This document shows positions 40,953 to 50,369 of a stretch of DNA of 64,000 nucleotides, piece after piece. Where the stretch lies: positions 1,280,001 through 1,344,000 of the forward strand of contig CAXXLZ010000001.1 in assembly GCA_963675595.2 (NCBI GenBank), given 5' to 3'. How positions within the stretch are numbered: the stretch's first letter is position 1; each line of letters begins with the position of its first letter. The notes below the pieces were generated by a model that was not told the DNA's origin, ran no database searches, and worked only from the letters and a program-made list of their open reading frames with translations. Position numbers and translations under genes: made by a program. Source of the DNA: Thermodesulfobacteriota bacterium (GTDB taxonomy: Bacteria; Desulfobacterota; Desulfarculia; JACQYL01).

Positions 40953-41204
40953 TTACTCAGTGTCATAACCTGGAATTTTGTAGGGAAAGATTCCGGCGCT
41001 GCCGGAGTCTTTGCTGCTCCACTCCCCGTCCAGCCGAACAAACTCACCGATAGGCCACCCGCTTCCGACTTGCCCGTAAGCAAGCTCAGCCACCTCAACC
41101 GCATGCATCTCCTTCCGAAAATCGTCGGAAGAACAACAGTAGATCGCAACCTCCGCCCCAGGTGGCATCTTGCTCAACTGCTCCATCAACTCACGAACCC
41201 TCAT
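40953..41204 (-). CDS. Small phage protein (MRVRELMEQL..MP...EV type)
   Basis: GGGAGG RBS; common phage N-terminal motif. Confidence 0.55.
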   Translation of the reverse strand: MRVRELMEQLSKMPPGAEVAIYCCSSDDFRKEMHAVEVAELAYGQVGSGWPIGEFVRLDGEWSSKDSGSAGIFPYKIPGYDTE

Positions 41205-41233
41205 AAGCCAAACCTCCCTGCAAACGCTGAAGT

Positions 41234-42082
41234 TCACTCGGCAATGACGCTCCGAGACAAACACCGCCTCTCAAGTGCGGTTTGGTTTAAAAGCGCCGGA
41301 GACGGGACGGGCGCACGGTCGAACCCTCGCCCACTCAAACGCGAAAGATAGCGGTCTACCTCTTTCTTTCTCTCCATACGGACCAACTCCCGGATGCAAA
41401 AACCGGGCGGGATGGTGGAAAGCGTCGGAACAGCATAAACCCGATGTTCACAAAAAAACGGTTCGTAAACCCCGGACTCGGCCTCAATTGCGTCATAGCC
41501 TCCATCTTCGTCGTCGATTTCTTCGTAGTCGATGGGGGCGGATCTCTCCTCTACAGCGGCAACGCGGCCCGCAAAAGATGGGTCGCCGTCGGAAGGAAAC
41601 AATACAGGAGTTGCCGACAAGAAATCGTCCTGAAGAATCTCCGGATCAGACGCACGGTCGCCAGGTACGATAGGCGCGTAACCCCTGAAATGGGCTCGTA
41701 CGGCACCAGGTTTGACGGCACCGGTATGGGATGACAATAGATTCTTTAGGTTTGAACGGCTTTGGCTTAACAGGCCCCGCGCAAACGGAGAGTCGGGGTT
41801 GAGGATGGTGTCATATGCACAATTTCGAGACAGAGCCCCGGGGGGCTCCTTGACGGGGTGGGGTGATGCATACCCCCCCTCCCCCCCTATTCCTTTACAT
41901 TCCTTCGGCCCCGGATCGGCTTCCGACAGCTCGGCCTCGAGGCCGGCGCAGCAGCCAGCATCCGATACGTCCAGGCATCGCCATCCGGTCATCAAGCCCC
42001 CCAAAAAATTACGAATCAGGAGGGACCATCGTCCGAACGCGCCGGAGGTCCTATGCTGGAACGGACTGAAAAGGCTACGCAT
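41234..42082 (-). CDS. Long ORF of uncertain coding status
   Basis: 282 codons co-oriented with terS/terL; no recognisable motif. Confidence 0.3.
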   Translation of the reverse strand: MRSLFSPFQHRTSGAFGRWSLLIRNFLGGLMTGWRCLDVSDAGCCAGLEAELSEADPGPKECKGIGGEGGYASPHPVKEPPGALSRNCAYDTILNPDSPFARGLLSQSRSNLKNLLSSHTGAVKPGAVRAHFRGYAPIVPGDRASDPEILQDDFLSATPVLFPSDGDPSFAGRVAAVEERSAPIDYEEIDDEDGGYDAIEAESGVYEPFFCEHRVYAVPTLSTIPPGFCIRELVRMERKKEVDRYLSRLSGRGFDRAPVPSPALLNQTALERRCLSRSVIAE

Positions 42083-42785
42083 TTTTCCCGCTCACGTTCG
42101 CCGAGGGCTTTTTAGAGGGTTCCGGCCTGGCTTTCCGGCCGACATCGATGATCATGCCGCCGAGCTCTTCCCCCTGCATGCGCTTAAGCGCTCCATCCGA
42201 GGAAGGGCCTCCGATCGAGATATTGATATTGACGCCGGCGTCCGGTTCGTCGCCGGCCTTGTCTACCTTGTCCAGCCCGAAGGCCTTCCGCTCGGCCTGG
42301 ATCCACTGCGTTTCCGCCCTGGCGATATCCACCAGTGCGGATGACAGGGACTTCAGCTCGGATGGAGAGGCGACGCCTTCGATTGCGTCCAGGCTTGCCT
42401 TGAGCCGGGCTTTTTGATGATGACAGAGCGACTGGCTTTCTCGTATCGCCTTGCGATGGGTCTCAGCGACGAGCATTTGGCGCGTGGCGAGAGCATCTAC
42501 GATTTCGGTGGATGGCAGTTTTGCGCGCGCGCGTGTTGGCTGCGCAGTTTCATATTCAGCTGTTCCCTCTGATTTCAGCTCATCCTCAGCGGTTGCTCTA
42601 TCTCTTGCCTCAATTTCTTTCCTTAAATCATTTACCAGGCTTTGTTGCCATCTTTCCTTCTTCGCTTTGGCTCTTATGGTGCTTTCCGAGAGATGATAGC
42701 GCTTTCCTATTTCGCGCAGAGACAGCAATCCGCCGGCGTATTCCGCCTGGACCGCATCCCAAACCTGCGCCGACACTCTTGCCAC
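42075..42785 (-). CDS. Terminase small subunit
   Basis: N-terminal HTH WDAVQAEY...SLREIGKRY...AKKERW; ERKAFGLD; GGAGGTGAGG RBS. Confidence 0.75.
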   Translation of the reverse strand: MARVSAQVWDAVQAEYAGGLLSLREIGKRYHLSESTIRAKAKKERWQQSLVNDLRKEIEARDRATAEDELKSEGTAEYETAQPTRARAKLPSTEIVDALATRQMLVAETHRKAIRESQSLCHHQKARLKASLDAIEGVASPSELKSLSSALVDIARAETQWIQAERKAFGLDKVDKAGDEPDAGVNINISIGGPSSDGALKRMQGEELGGMIIDVGRKARPEPSKKPSANVSGKNA

Positions 42786-42964
42786 TGCCTCACCTCCGCA
42801 TTTTCGCGCACTGCGCAATTCTCGCCCCCAACCCCCCAACCCCGTCCACACCATCACCTGCGCTTCCTGCGCTTTCTGCACTTCCCTGTCCTCTTCGTCC
42901 CTCGCCGCCTTCCCCGGCCGCTTGACCGCACGGCAAAAAAAATATTTCGCCGTGCATTTTTTCT

Positions 42965-42993
42965 TTGACATCGTAAACTGACCAGTGTACAGT
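42965..42993 (+). promoter_or_regulatory. Sigma70-type promoter for the accessory island
   Basis: TTGACA-17bp-TACAGT. Confidence 0.72.
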
Positions 42994-43039
42994 CTTAAAC
43001 CAGAACGCAACACAACCACCACCAAAAAGGAGAAAGACC

Positions 43040-43579
43040 ATGACGACGACCGAAACGAAATACCGTGTATCCCTCATCGGCCCCGGCCCGGACGGCGGGG
43101 AACTGATGAGCGATGAGACTTTTACGGCACTCGCCTCCGCCCATCAACATGCAGAGGCATTTGCCCGTGAAGCCGCTGAGAACGCCGGTGACTTCGCCGA
43201 CTGGAAGACGGTTGTGTACCGTGAGGATACCGGGGAGCGGATAACCGAGCGCCTGATCTACTCGCTACTTCTCTCCCAATGGGCGCGGGCGGAAAAAGAA
43301 TGGGCGCAAACCGGGATCATCCCAATGTGGTTTCAGCGGGCGCTTTTCGCCGACGCCCGCCGGGTAAAATATCCGGGCGGAGATTGCTACGTAATCAAGG
43401 GCGACAACGGCGGAATAGAGCGCATCGTGGATTTTCCCGACAACGGTGAGGCTGAATTTTTCGACCCGGGGAATTTCGCCGTGATGATCCGCGACGAAGC
43501 GGAACGGATGGGCGAGGACTGGGAGGATAGGACGGATGACCTGGCGAGGCTGTGCAATGAGATTGTGGGGGGCGAATAG
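43040..43579 (+). CDS. Hypothetical protein
   Basis: AAGGAG RBS. Confidence 0.7.
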   Translation: MTTTETKYRVSLIGPGPDGGELMSDETFTALASAHQHAEAFAREAAENAGDFADWKTVVYREDTGERITERLIYSLLLSQWARAEKEWAQTGIIPMWFQRALFADARRVKYPGGDCYVIKGDNGGIERIVDFPDNGEAEFFDPGNFAVMIRDEAERMGEDWEDRTDDLARLCNEIVGGE

Positions 43580-43694
43580 GTATCCCGGCGCGGCCTGAGA
43601 GTCGCCGAGCACCGTCTCGTTCGGCGACTCGATTGGATGCACCAGGAACAAACAAGGGAAGTGAACCACCACCAAAAAGGAGAAAGACCATGAC
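43580..43694 (+). repeat. Intergenic hairpin plus leader/RBS element (second copy 44497-44612; leader alone 43014-43044)
   Basis: CTGAGAGTCGCCGAGC...GTTCGGCGACTyGATTGGATGCAC occurs twice; AACCACCACCAAAAAGGAGAAAGACCATGAC is identical at 43014 and 43664. Confidence 0.85.
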
Positions 43695-44094
43695 CGAATA
43701 CAAACTGAAAAAGGGTGAAGGCCGCAAAACCCTTAGGAAAATGGGCTTGCTTCCGGCCTCCCGGCCAGTGATGCAGTTTGAAAAAATAGACAAATATCTT
43801 GCCGAGGAACTCCTCGGTGCCGGGTCGAAAGCGGATACTGGAAGCACGTACTACCTCTTCGAAGAGGAGGAGGTATCCTCCTGGGCGCTGTATTTGTGCG
43901 CTCATTATAAAGGTGATGATCGTAAAACATTTGTGGACCGGTTCGATCCACCTGCCGTGGAGGCGGCGAGGGCGGCGGCATCCAACCGACGTGACGCATC
44001 CGAAGCGGCCGAAGCGGAACGCCGAGCTGTCCGTATCGTTCCGCCTACGCCACAGTCGGCGGACGAATTTGACGATTATGACGATGAAGCATAG
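43690..44094 (+). CDS. Hypothetical protein
   Basis: AAGGAG RBS at the repeated leader. Confidence 0.65.
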   Translation: MTEYKLKKGEGRKTLRKMGLLPASRPVMQFEKIDKYLAEELLGAGSKADTGSTYYLFEEEEVSSWALYLCAHYKGDDRKTFVDRFDPPAVEAARAAASNRRDASEAAEAERRAVRIVPPTPQSADEFDDYDDEA

Positions 44095-44130
44095 AAGAGC
44101 CTGCTCACTTCACAATCAGGAGGGAAGAAA

Positions 44131-44499
44131 ATGGCAACATCAACGACGATTTTAAATTGCACTCCTCATTCGATTAAATACCGTCCGGCGGGGCGGGGCA
44201 CGGTTGAGTTCCCGCCTACGGGAATCGTTCCGAGGGTTTCAACCGTTGAATCCGAGGCCGCTTCCATTTCTTGCACCCTCGACTGTGGCGGCGGGTTCAT
44301 TTTGGACTGCATTCAGCAGTCACTCGGCGAAGTGGAAGGCCTGCCTTCGGCATCCCCACACATCTATTACATCGTGTCCCGGATGGTGTTCGATGCGGCT
44401 CCCGACCGCGTTGACCTGATCGTTCCGGATACCGGCAAGGGCGCGGTTAGGGATGAACAGGGCCGGATTGTAGCGGTAACGCGATTCATTCGGCGGTAA
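44131..44499 (+). CDS. NxTPH-motif small protein (candidate Crn4-like ring nuclease)
   Basis: ILNCTPH, PRVS, YIVSRMV, RVDLIVP and VRDEQGRI; family link is from recall. Confidence 0.55.
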   Translation: MATSTTILNCTPHSIKYRPAGRGTVEFPPTGIVPRVSTVESEAASISCTLDCGGGFILDCIQQSLGEVEGLPSASPHIYYIVSRMVFDAAPDRVDLIVPDTGKGAVRDEQGRIVAVTRFIRR

Positions 44500-44609
44500 T
44501 CCGGGCGCGTGCTGAGAGTCGCCGAGCTTGACCGTTCGGCGACTTGATTGGATGCACTGGATTAAACGAACCCAAACCACGACGAACCACCAAAGAGGCG
44601 AGACAAACC

Positions 44610-44909
44610 ATGCAAATTCAAGACGACAGGACTCCGGAACAAAAAAAGACTCATCCCGTGCTCATTGTGGGCACCGACAAGCTGTTGTCCGGTTGGGGAA
44701 AGGCGAAAGGCGGAACGTCCTACGCTGCATGGGCGTGCCGAATCGAGGATGACGCAAAGGTTTACCGTTGGGTTCGTTCTCGGTCGGACATGGAAAGGGT
44801 AAGGGAGGCCTTCGACGACGGGAAGACCCGATATCGTCCCAAGGGTAACGGGCACCTTCATATTTACTTGGTGGGCGAAGGTCACCCGGCGCTGAAGACG
44901 TCAAAATAG
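44610..44909 (+). CDS. Conserved phage hypothetical protein
   Basis: GTDKLLSGWGKAKGGTSYAAWAC motif. Confidence 0.7.
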   Translation: MQIQDDRTPEQKKTHPVLIVGTDKLLSGWGKAKGGTSYAAWACRIEDDAKVYRWVRSRSDMERVREAFDDGKTRYRPKGNGHLHIYLVGEGHPALKTSK

Positions 44910-44942
44910 GGATCAACTGCTACAGGTAACAGGAGCTTCACT

Positions 44943-45221
44943 ATGAAAAAAGAGCACATACCCTACAGGGGGGCATATTTTAAGATATTGCTGTCTTCGG
45001 ACATGATCGGGATCAAAAACGATATACACGCAGCGGTTTGTGCGTATGAAGAAGAAACTTTGAAAGCGGTTTCTGGTTCGACTACCGACGACCTGAGCAG
45101 GCTGGACGAGCTCAAAAATGAACTGCATCGGCTTCGCAGCCATTATGAGCTTGAACTGAAAAGACGGATGGAGGAAGCGGAGATTCCTTTTGAGGTACAC
45201 GCCGAGCGCTTTAAGTTGTAA
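44943..45221 (+). CDS. Hypothetical protein
   Basis: AGGAG RBS. Confidence 0.6.
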   Translation: MKKEHIPYRGAYFKILLSSDMIGIKNDIHAAVCAYEEETLKAVSGSTTDDLSRLDELKNELHRLRSHYELELKRRMEEAEIPFEVHAERFKL

Positions 45222-45277
45222 CAATATGTCCGCCCCTGCTTTCGGGCGGGGGCTTCACCGCATGGAGGATTGAGGCA

Positions 45278-45643
45278 ATGACCAGACAAGACGTGATGCA
45301 GATGACGAGACGGGCGGTCCAAGAAACGAACGACACCTGGTCGGTTCCGGTATGGTTCATCGACGAGCTTAAGAAAGAGCCGAGCGGCGTTAGATTGGTT
45401 GTCCTGGATTCGGTGTCGACGCACTTGTTCCTGATTTACGACGAGGAGAAACTCGACATGATCGTAGAACGGTGTTCTCAGGGAACCGTGCTTCACACTC
45501 CTGGCGGATATTATTGGGATTTCCGGAGGCTTACCGAATACGAAGGAGAATCATGGAGCGTTGAAGAAGACGAGCTGAAAGTTATCCGTGAGATCGCGGC
45601 ACAGATTGGTGAAGAGTATCCGGAAACAGGCAATGAGCATTAA
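45278..45643 (+). CDS. Hypothetical protein
   Basis: GGAGG/GAGG RBS. Confidence 0.6.
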   Translation: MTRQDVMQMTRRAVQETNDTWSVPVWFIDELKKEPSGVRLVVLDSVSTHLFLIYDEEKLDMIVERCSQGTVLHTPGGYYWDFRRLTEYEGESWSVEEDELKVIREIAAQIGEEYPETGNEH

Positions 45644-45680
45644 ATAGCGTATATAAAAGAAGAATATGAGGGGAGAGGCG

Positions 45681-45839
45681 ATGAAAGTGCATGAGTTGAT
45701 TGAACGGCTCGGCAAGTTTCCGGCGAATTATCAGGTATATGTAAACAGCCTGAACAGCGAAGAACCGGCGGAGACGGTGCGGGATGTTGATTTGCACGAA
45801 GAGGATAACGATAGCTTTGTAGAGCTGTTTACGTATTAA
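45681..45839 (+). CDS. Small phage protein MKVHELIERLGKFP... (52 aa, not in the ORF track)
   Basis: Manual translation; GGGGAGAGG RBS; same N-terminal motif as 40953-41204. Confidence 0.6.
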   Translation: MKVHELIERLGKFPANYQVYVNSLNSEEPAETVRDVDLHEEDNDSFVELFTY

Positions 45840-45889
45840 AGAACAGCGTGGGCTAATACTATCAATCATCGACGAAGGGAGCGCAGAAC

Positions 45890-46405
45890 ATGACCAAAAT
45901 TAAGGCAATCAATTTCCGTGTAGACGAACCAACTTTAGACTGGCTCACGCGATATAACGACCGCGCCGACCAGGGCGGAAAGGTCGGCGTGTCGGCTCAG
46001 ATCGAAGAGGATCTAAATGCTTTTCGGTCGTTGATAGGCACGGCCGAGCGGTCGCTTCAGGGGTTCCTTTCGATCGGGGAGGCAATGTTGCTGCTCGACG
46101 TCACAAACAGCTCACGGCTGTTGATGGGCGGGACGGATGCGTCGTTTGTTTCGCAAGCGCTGGCTCACGAGGTTTTAGACGCGATCCCGGATGGACTGGG
46201 GGAAAAATGGGGAATCGAGGACATGGCGGTGTTCTCGTCGAGGCTTGCGGTATTGTCTCCCCTCGAAGGGTGCGCGTTATATCACTGGTGCCTCACGTTT
46301 TGGGCGCATCACGAGGACCTGGCCGGCGACGAGAGGGAGGCTTACGTCAGGCGCTTGTTTCGGTGCCGGCCGGATGACGACGCGAACAACGAAGAAAGGG
46401 CTTAG
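45890..46405 (+). CDS. Hypothetical protein with RHH-like N-terminus
   Basis: KAINFRVDEPTLDWL. Confidence 0.55.
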   Translation: MTKIKAINFRVDEPTLDWLTRYNDRADQGGKVGVSAQIEEDLNAFRSLIGTAERSLQGFLSIGEAMLLLDVTNSSRLLMGGTDASFVSQALAHEVLDAIPDGLGEKWGIEDMAVFSSRLAVLSPLEGCALYHWCLTFWAHHEDLAGDEREAYVRRLFRCRPDDDANNEERA

Positions 46406-46413
46406 GTATCGGG

Positions 46414-46710
46414 ATGAACGACAAGCTATCAAAAAGCAGGGTTGCAAAGCTGATAAGAGACATGAGACCGGGAGAGACAGGATATACCGTTCCATGGGCG
46501 ATGGAGGTTGATTTAGATTTCCATGGCTGGTTGAGAACCTATTTTACTGTTTCCTCGCGTCCGGTAGGTACGCTTTCGATGCTGGTGAGGAGGAGCAACG
46601 ACGGCAAAAATTTCTCGGTCGATATTGAACTTTGCAAGGATTCTTTTTGGGTACCAGGAGTTAAAACTTCAGAGAATGGCATGGCTCGGGTGTTGGAGAT
46701 CATACAATAA
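46414..46710 (+). CDS. Hypothetical protein
   Basis: Co-oriented ORF. Confidence 0.55.
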   Translation: MNDKLSKSRVAKLIRDMRPGETGYTVPWAMEVDLDFHGWLRTYFTVSSRPVGTLSMLVRRSNDGKNFSVDIELCKDSFWVPGVKTSENGMARVLEIIQ

Positions 46711-46987
46711 TTCGTGGGAAGCGATACCGCATAGGGTTTTCTTTTTCGGGGGGCTTCACCGCATGGCGTGATGATTTTTGTTGACACCTTCGGGGCGCCT
46801 GGTGCATTCTGAGGGTGACAAAAATTCACACCAACCGGTGAGGCCAACCGACACATGGTCATTTTTTATTTGTGCAGACAACAACAAAAATCGTTCCCCG
46901 AGTCCGTTCATGTCGTGAGGCATGAACCAGGTTGCGTTGGTGGACCTGTGTCAGGACTCGGGGATTCTTGTTTCAAGGAGATACCCA

Positions 46988-48100
46988 ATGGCAGAAAAAC
47001 ACCAAGTCACCGAGGTCATTCCATTCCAGTACGAGGACCATCCGGTTCGAGCGCTCCGCGACGACCAAGGCAATCCGTGGTTCATTGCAACAGACATCTG
47101 CAAAACTTTGGGGTTGAACAACACCAAAGAAGCCGTTCGGGCACTGGACACAGACGAGCGGAATACTGTCACTTTTTCTGATAGTATTCCGGGCAATCCA
47201 ACTCGGATTGTCATCTCCGAATCCGGCCTTTATTCGTTGATCTTCCGTTCGAACAAACCCGACGCCAAAAAATTCCGCAAGTGGGTGACGTCCGAGGTCC
47301 TTCCTTCGATCCGGAAGACGGGCGGGTTTCAAGCTCAAGATACCGTTGTTGACGGTGAACGGCCTTCCGGGTTTTCGATTACGGGGGATCCCAACGAACG
47401 GAGGCCGGGTTACCGGTTCGATACGGGTCCTGGGTTTCGCGCCGGGGATCCCTACCCGGAGGATGCTGACCTGATGCACATTCCACCGCCGTTTCCCGAA
47501 GAGCCGCTGATGTCCACGCATGACGCGGCGCTGCGGACGTTTTGTCCTACGGCGGAATCCAGGTCTGAGGACCGCAGTGTCCGTAACAATCCGCAGCAGG
47601 ATGCATGGCTTTATATCCGCAAATGGGTGTATGGATGGGAGCGGAAGGACACGGGGAGCCCGAGAACATACATGGAACCGCCCTACCCGTGCCGGTTGAT
47701 GGAACAGGGCATGGCCTGGAACTTCCGGCTGCTGTATGACGCCGGGCGTAACATTTTCAAGCTGGTGACCGGCTTTCCGGATCGAGACGTGCCGGACCAT
47801 TGGGACGGCGCTCCCTGGGACAGGGCAAACTGTGTGGATTCGGTGGCCGTGGCCGTGTACGAGCAGTATCAACGGCTTGTTGACGGGGATAAACGAGAGG
47901 TGGTTCGAACGCGCAACGAGGCCATTCGATGGTTGGCGAGGCACATTGATTTTCTGGTGTCGGCGACGCGCCCGGACGTAGCGGTGCATGACTCGTTGTG
48001 CGTGGTCGGCATCGCGGAAATGATCGTCTTGGCCATGCTTTCATTCGAAGAGACGAAGTTTTGTCCGATTCATAATCCGTTCTGGACGATCGGGTTCTAA
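46988..48100 (+). CDS. BRO-N domain antirepressor-like protein
   Basis: PWFIATDIC, ISESGLYSLIFRSNKPDAKKFRKWVTSEVLPSIRKTG; AAGGAG RBS. Confidence 0.9.
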   Translation: MAEKHQVTEVIPFQYEDHPVRALRDDQGNPWFIATDICKTLGLNNTKEAVRALDTDERNTVTFSDSIPGNPTRIVISESGLYSLIFRSNKPDAKKFRKWVTSEVLPSIRKTGGFQAQDTVVDGERPSGFSITGDPNERRPGYRFDTGPGFRAGDPYPEDADLMHIPPPFPEEPLMSTHDAALRTFCPTAESRSEDRSVRNNPQQDAWLYIRKWVYGWERKDTGSPRTYMEPPYPCRLMEQGMAWNFRLLYDAGRNIFKLVTGFPDRDVPDHWDGAPWDRANCVDSVAVAVYEQYQRLVDGDKREVVRTRNEAIRWLARHIDFLVSATRPDVAVHDSLCVVGIAEMIVLAMLSFEETKFCPIHNPFWTIGF

Positions 48101-48132
48101 CCTCCACCGTCATCGAAAGAAAGGCTTTTGCC

Positions 48133-48471
48133 ATGTCCGACAAAGCGACGCGAAGGCATTTAAGTCCGTCCGACATCGAGTCCGTTCTGTTCGAGCAGTG
48201 GAAGAAATACGGCGATCTACTGTTTGATATCGAAGTGGATTGGGGCGCCGGTCCGGAACGAGAAGGCATTACGGAGCCGTTCGTCAACCACAGATATCTT
48301 ACGTTTATCCTGGGGAAGCCGTTCATTGTATTGGGCGAAGACGTGAAAGAGCCGTATGACGGGGAATTGTGCGGGAAGGCGGCTTCCCCGGATGACCTGG
48401 GCTTGATTTACGGCAAGATCAACCTGCAAATGAACTGCTCGGTCTTTTCGAAGGAAGCCGCGCGGGTTTAA
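48133..48471 (+). CDS. Hypothetical protein
   Basis: Co-oriented ORF before a terminator. Confidence 0.55.
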   Translation: MSDKATRRHLSPSDIESVLFEQWKKYGDLLFDIEVDWGAGPEREGITEPFVNHRYLTFILGKPFIVLGEDVKEPYDGELCGKAASPDDLGLIYGKINLQMNCSVFSKEAARV

Positions 48472-48500
48472 GGGTTGATATCGGCCTGAAATCTTTTAGA

Positions 48501-48531
48501 GCGGGAATCCTTGTCGGGTTCCCGCCTTTTT
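48501..48531 (+). terminator. Intrinsic terminator
   Basis: GCGGGAAT...GTTCCCGC followed by a T run. Confidence 0.65.
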
Positions 48532-48539
48532 ATGACGAC

Positions 48540-48845
48540 CTATTCCCAAGGCTTAGGCTTTGGCCGAACCCGAATTTCCTTCGTTCCATAGTTGTAGTAA
48601 ATCCCCGTACTGTTGTCGTATTTCCAATAGTTTCCGTTGGAATCAAGGCCGCTCTGGCTTCCGTACCGATCATAATTGTTAACCCAGGATCGGCCGGTCT
48701 GTGGGTTGTATCCCCTGAGCTCCCCCCTGGACTTGTCCCAGGTATAATGATTGGTGTCCGGTTCTCGCTCGAACGGATTTTCCCAGGCGGCGCACGGAAC
48801 CGCAAGGGCGACGCAAAGGACGAAAATTGCGGCGAATCGAAGCAT
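48540..48845 (-). CDS. Small secreted protein (moron-like)
   Basis: Signal peptide MLRFAAIFVLCVALAVPCAA; AAAGGAG RBS; Y/N/G-rich beta repeats. Confidence 0.65.
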   Translation of the reverse strand: MLRFAAIFVLCVALAVPCAAWENPFEREPDTNHYTWDKSRGELRGYNPQTGRSWVNNYDRYGSQSGLDSNGNYWKYDNSTGIYYNYGTKEIRVRPKPKPWE

Positions 48846-48949
48846 GTAAGGTCTCCTTTCGTTGGCATGGCGGCGGATGGTTCGGGGTTGTGGGTCATAA
48901 AACGACGCTCCGTTACCCACAAATACACTTAAGGCTCACCGAATAGCAA

Positions 48950-48984
48950 CAAAAAAGCCCGCCTGGGATCAATCCCGAGCGGGC
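48950..48984 (-). terminator. Intrinsic terminator
   Basis: AAAAAAA-GCCCGC...GCGGGC. Confidence 0.65.
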
Positions 48985-49018
48985 AAACAAGTAAAATACG
49001 GCACGCGATTCGTGTTGT

Positions 49019-49378
49019 CTAAGCGGCCTCCGCCATGGCGGCCGGACCGCACAGCGCTTCGGACCCGGATATGTCGGCGTAGTCGCGGAAAATTTCGGCG
49101 ACGGCTTCCGGGGTCTTTTGCGGTAACGCGAAGATTCTGGCGTTCATTTCGACGACGATGGACAATGCTCCCATAGCGCCGCGCACCGCCGACGGCTTCA
49201 TACCCAACGGTCGGGCGGCGCGGCGTCCGACGTTTCGTTCAATGGCCCGCGCGACTTCTCCCATGTAGTGAAACAGGGTCCGTTTGCGTTCGGGAATCGA
49301 TTGTTCCATTTTGCCGAAGCTTACCGCCGGTTTCTGGAACACTAGGTTGTGTCCACAAACGTCTACGACTCTTCTCAT
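49019..49378 (-). CDS. Hypothetical protein
   Basis: ATGA coupling. Confidence 0.55.
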   Translation of the reverse strand: MRRVVDVCGHNLVFQKPAVSFGKMEQSIPERKRTLFHYMGEVARAIERNVGRRAARPLGMKPSAVRGAMGALSIVVEMNARIFALPQKTPEAVAEIFRDYADISGSEALCGPAAMAEAA

Positions 49379-49587
49379 GTGATTTCTCCTTCGAGTGCTT
49401 CACCGTCCGGAACAACGGCGTTGCGTTTCACGTAGTTTTGAAAATCGGGGCCGGGAATGATGAGCTTTCGCTTTCCGACTCGAATCCCTTTCAGGGCTCC
49501 GTCGGCGATCATTTCGCGCACCGTGGTAGTGCTGACGCGCAGCTCTTGAGCAACTTCGAGAACGGTATAGTAGTTTCGAATTTTCAC
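49375..49587 (-). CDS. Excisionase-like HTH_17 protein
   Basis: YYTVLEVAQELRVSTTTVREMIADGALKGIRVG. Confidence 0.8.
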   Translation of the reverse strand: MKIRNYYTVLEVAQELRVSTTTVREMIADGALKGIRVGKRKLIIPGPDFQNYVKRNAVVPDGEALEGEIT

Positions 49588-49624
49588 GCCTGCGCCCCCC
49601 TTTTGCTCGCTGCGCTCAGAGTAA

Positions 49625-50011
49625 TCAGTAGAGCCAGATAACCGGCGCGGGTCGGTTATCCTCGCCGATGTCGTCCAGGTGAATGAATGTCTTACCGATC
49701 CCGATGCGTGGGACGTGAACCGAAAGAGCGGCTTCAAGCAGGTGCCATCGGTGGATCCCGTCTTTGCATGCGAGGTCTGCGGCTTTGCCCGTGGTATGAT
49801 TACCCTTGCCGCCTACGGCCGCGTCGTGCCCTGGGCACCGGTATCCGGACGTTACGACGAGCGGAAAGCCGGCGCGGTCTCGTATGTCGTCGAGCATGCG
49901 GATAAAGTCAACGTCCATGTGCTCCGGACCCTGTCCGCATCCGCACTTGCAGGTGAACTCCTCGGGCTTGAAGCGGCGAATGTTACTCCACCAGGTCGGT
50001 ATCGTCGTCAT
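49625..50011 (-). CDS. Peptidase M15A family endolysin
   Basis: EFTCKCGC, VTSGYRC, HTTGKAAD and FIHLD. Confidence 0.88.
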   Translation of the reverse strand: MTTIPTWWSNIRRFKPEEFTCKCGCGQGPEHMDVDFIRMLDDIRDRAGFPLVVTSGYRCPGHDAAVGGKGNHTTGKAADLACKDGIHRWHLLEAALSVHVPRIGIGKTFIHLDDIGEDNRPAPVIWLY

Positions 50012-50369
50012 GGATGACCGCCTCCTTATCGTTTAGGAGCTTCTTCCAGTCCTCCCCCTCGGGCACTACGATATAGCGCCCCTCGTTTTCGGCATTGTCT
50101 GGTACCTTCTCGGCGGTTTGCGCCGGCTGTTGCGCGGCCTTTTGCCCTTCGTACCGCATTCGAAGCGTGGTGTGCACGATTTCGAGCGTATGCAGCACGG
50201 CCGGGATGTTGTCCGGCACGTACGTGAATCTCAGTTTGTCCGGCTCGGCTTTGGTGACTGCGAAAAACAGCCCGACCATCAGCTCGTCCGGGTTCTGTCC
50301 GAGAGCGGCTATCTGTTTGATCAGCTCCTCATCAGATAGGTTGTCTTGTTTCGTCGTTTCTGTATCCAT
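49983..50369 (-). CDS. Hypothetical protein
   Basis: Co-oriented, overlapping ORF. Confidence 0.55.
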   Translation of the reverse strand: MDTETTKQDNLSDEELIKQIAALGQNPDELMVGLFFAVTKAEPDKLRFTYVPDNIPAVLHTLEIVHTTLRMRYEGQKAAQQPAQTAEKVPDNAENEGRYIVVPEGEDWKKLLNDKEAVIHDDDTDLVE

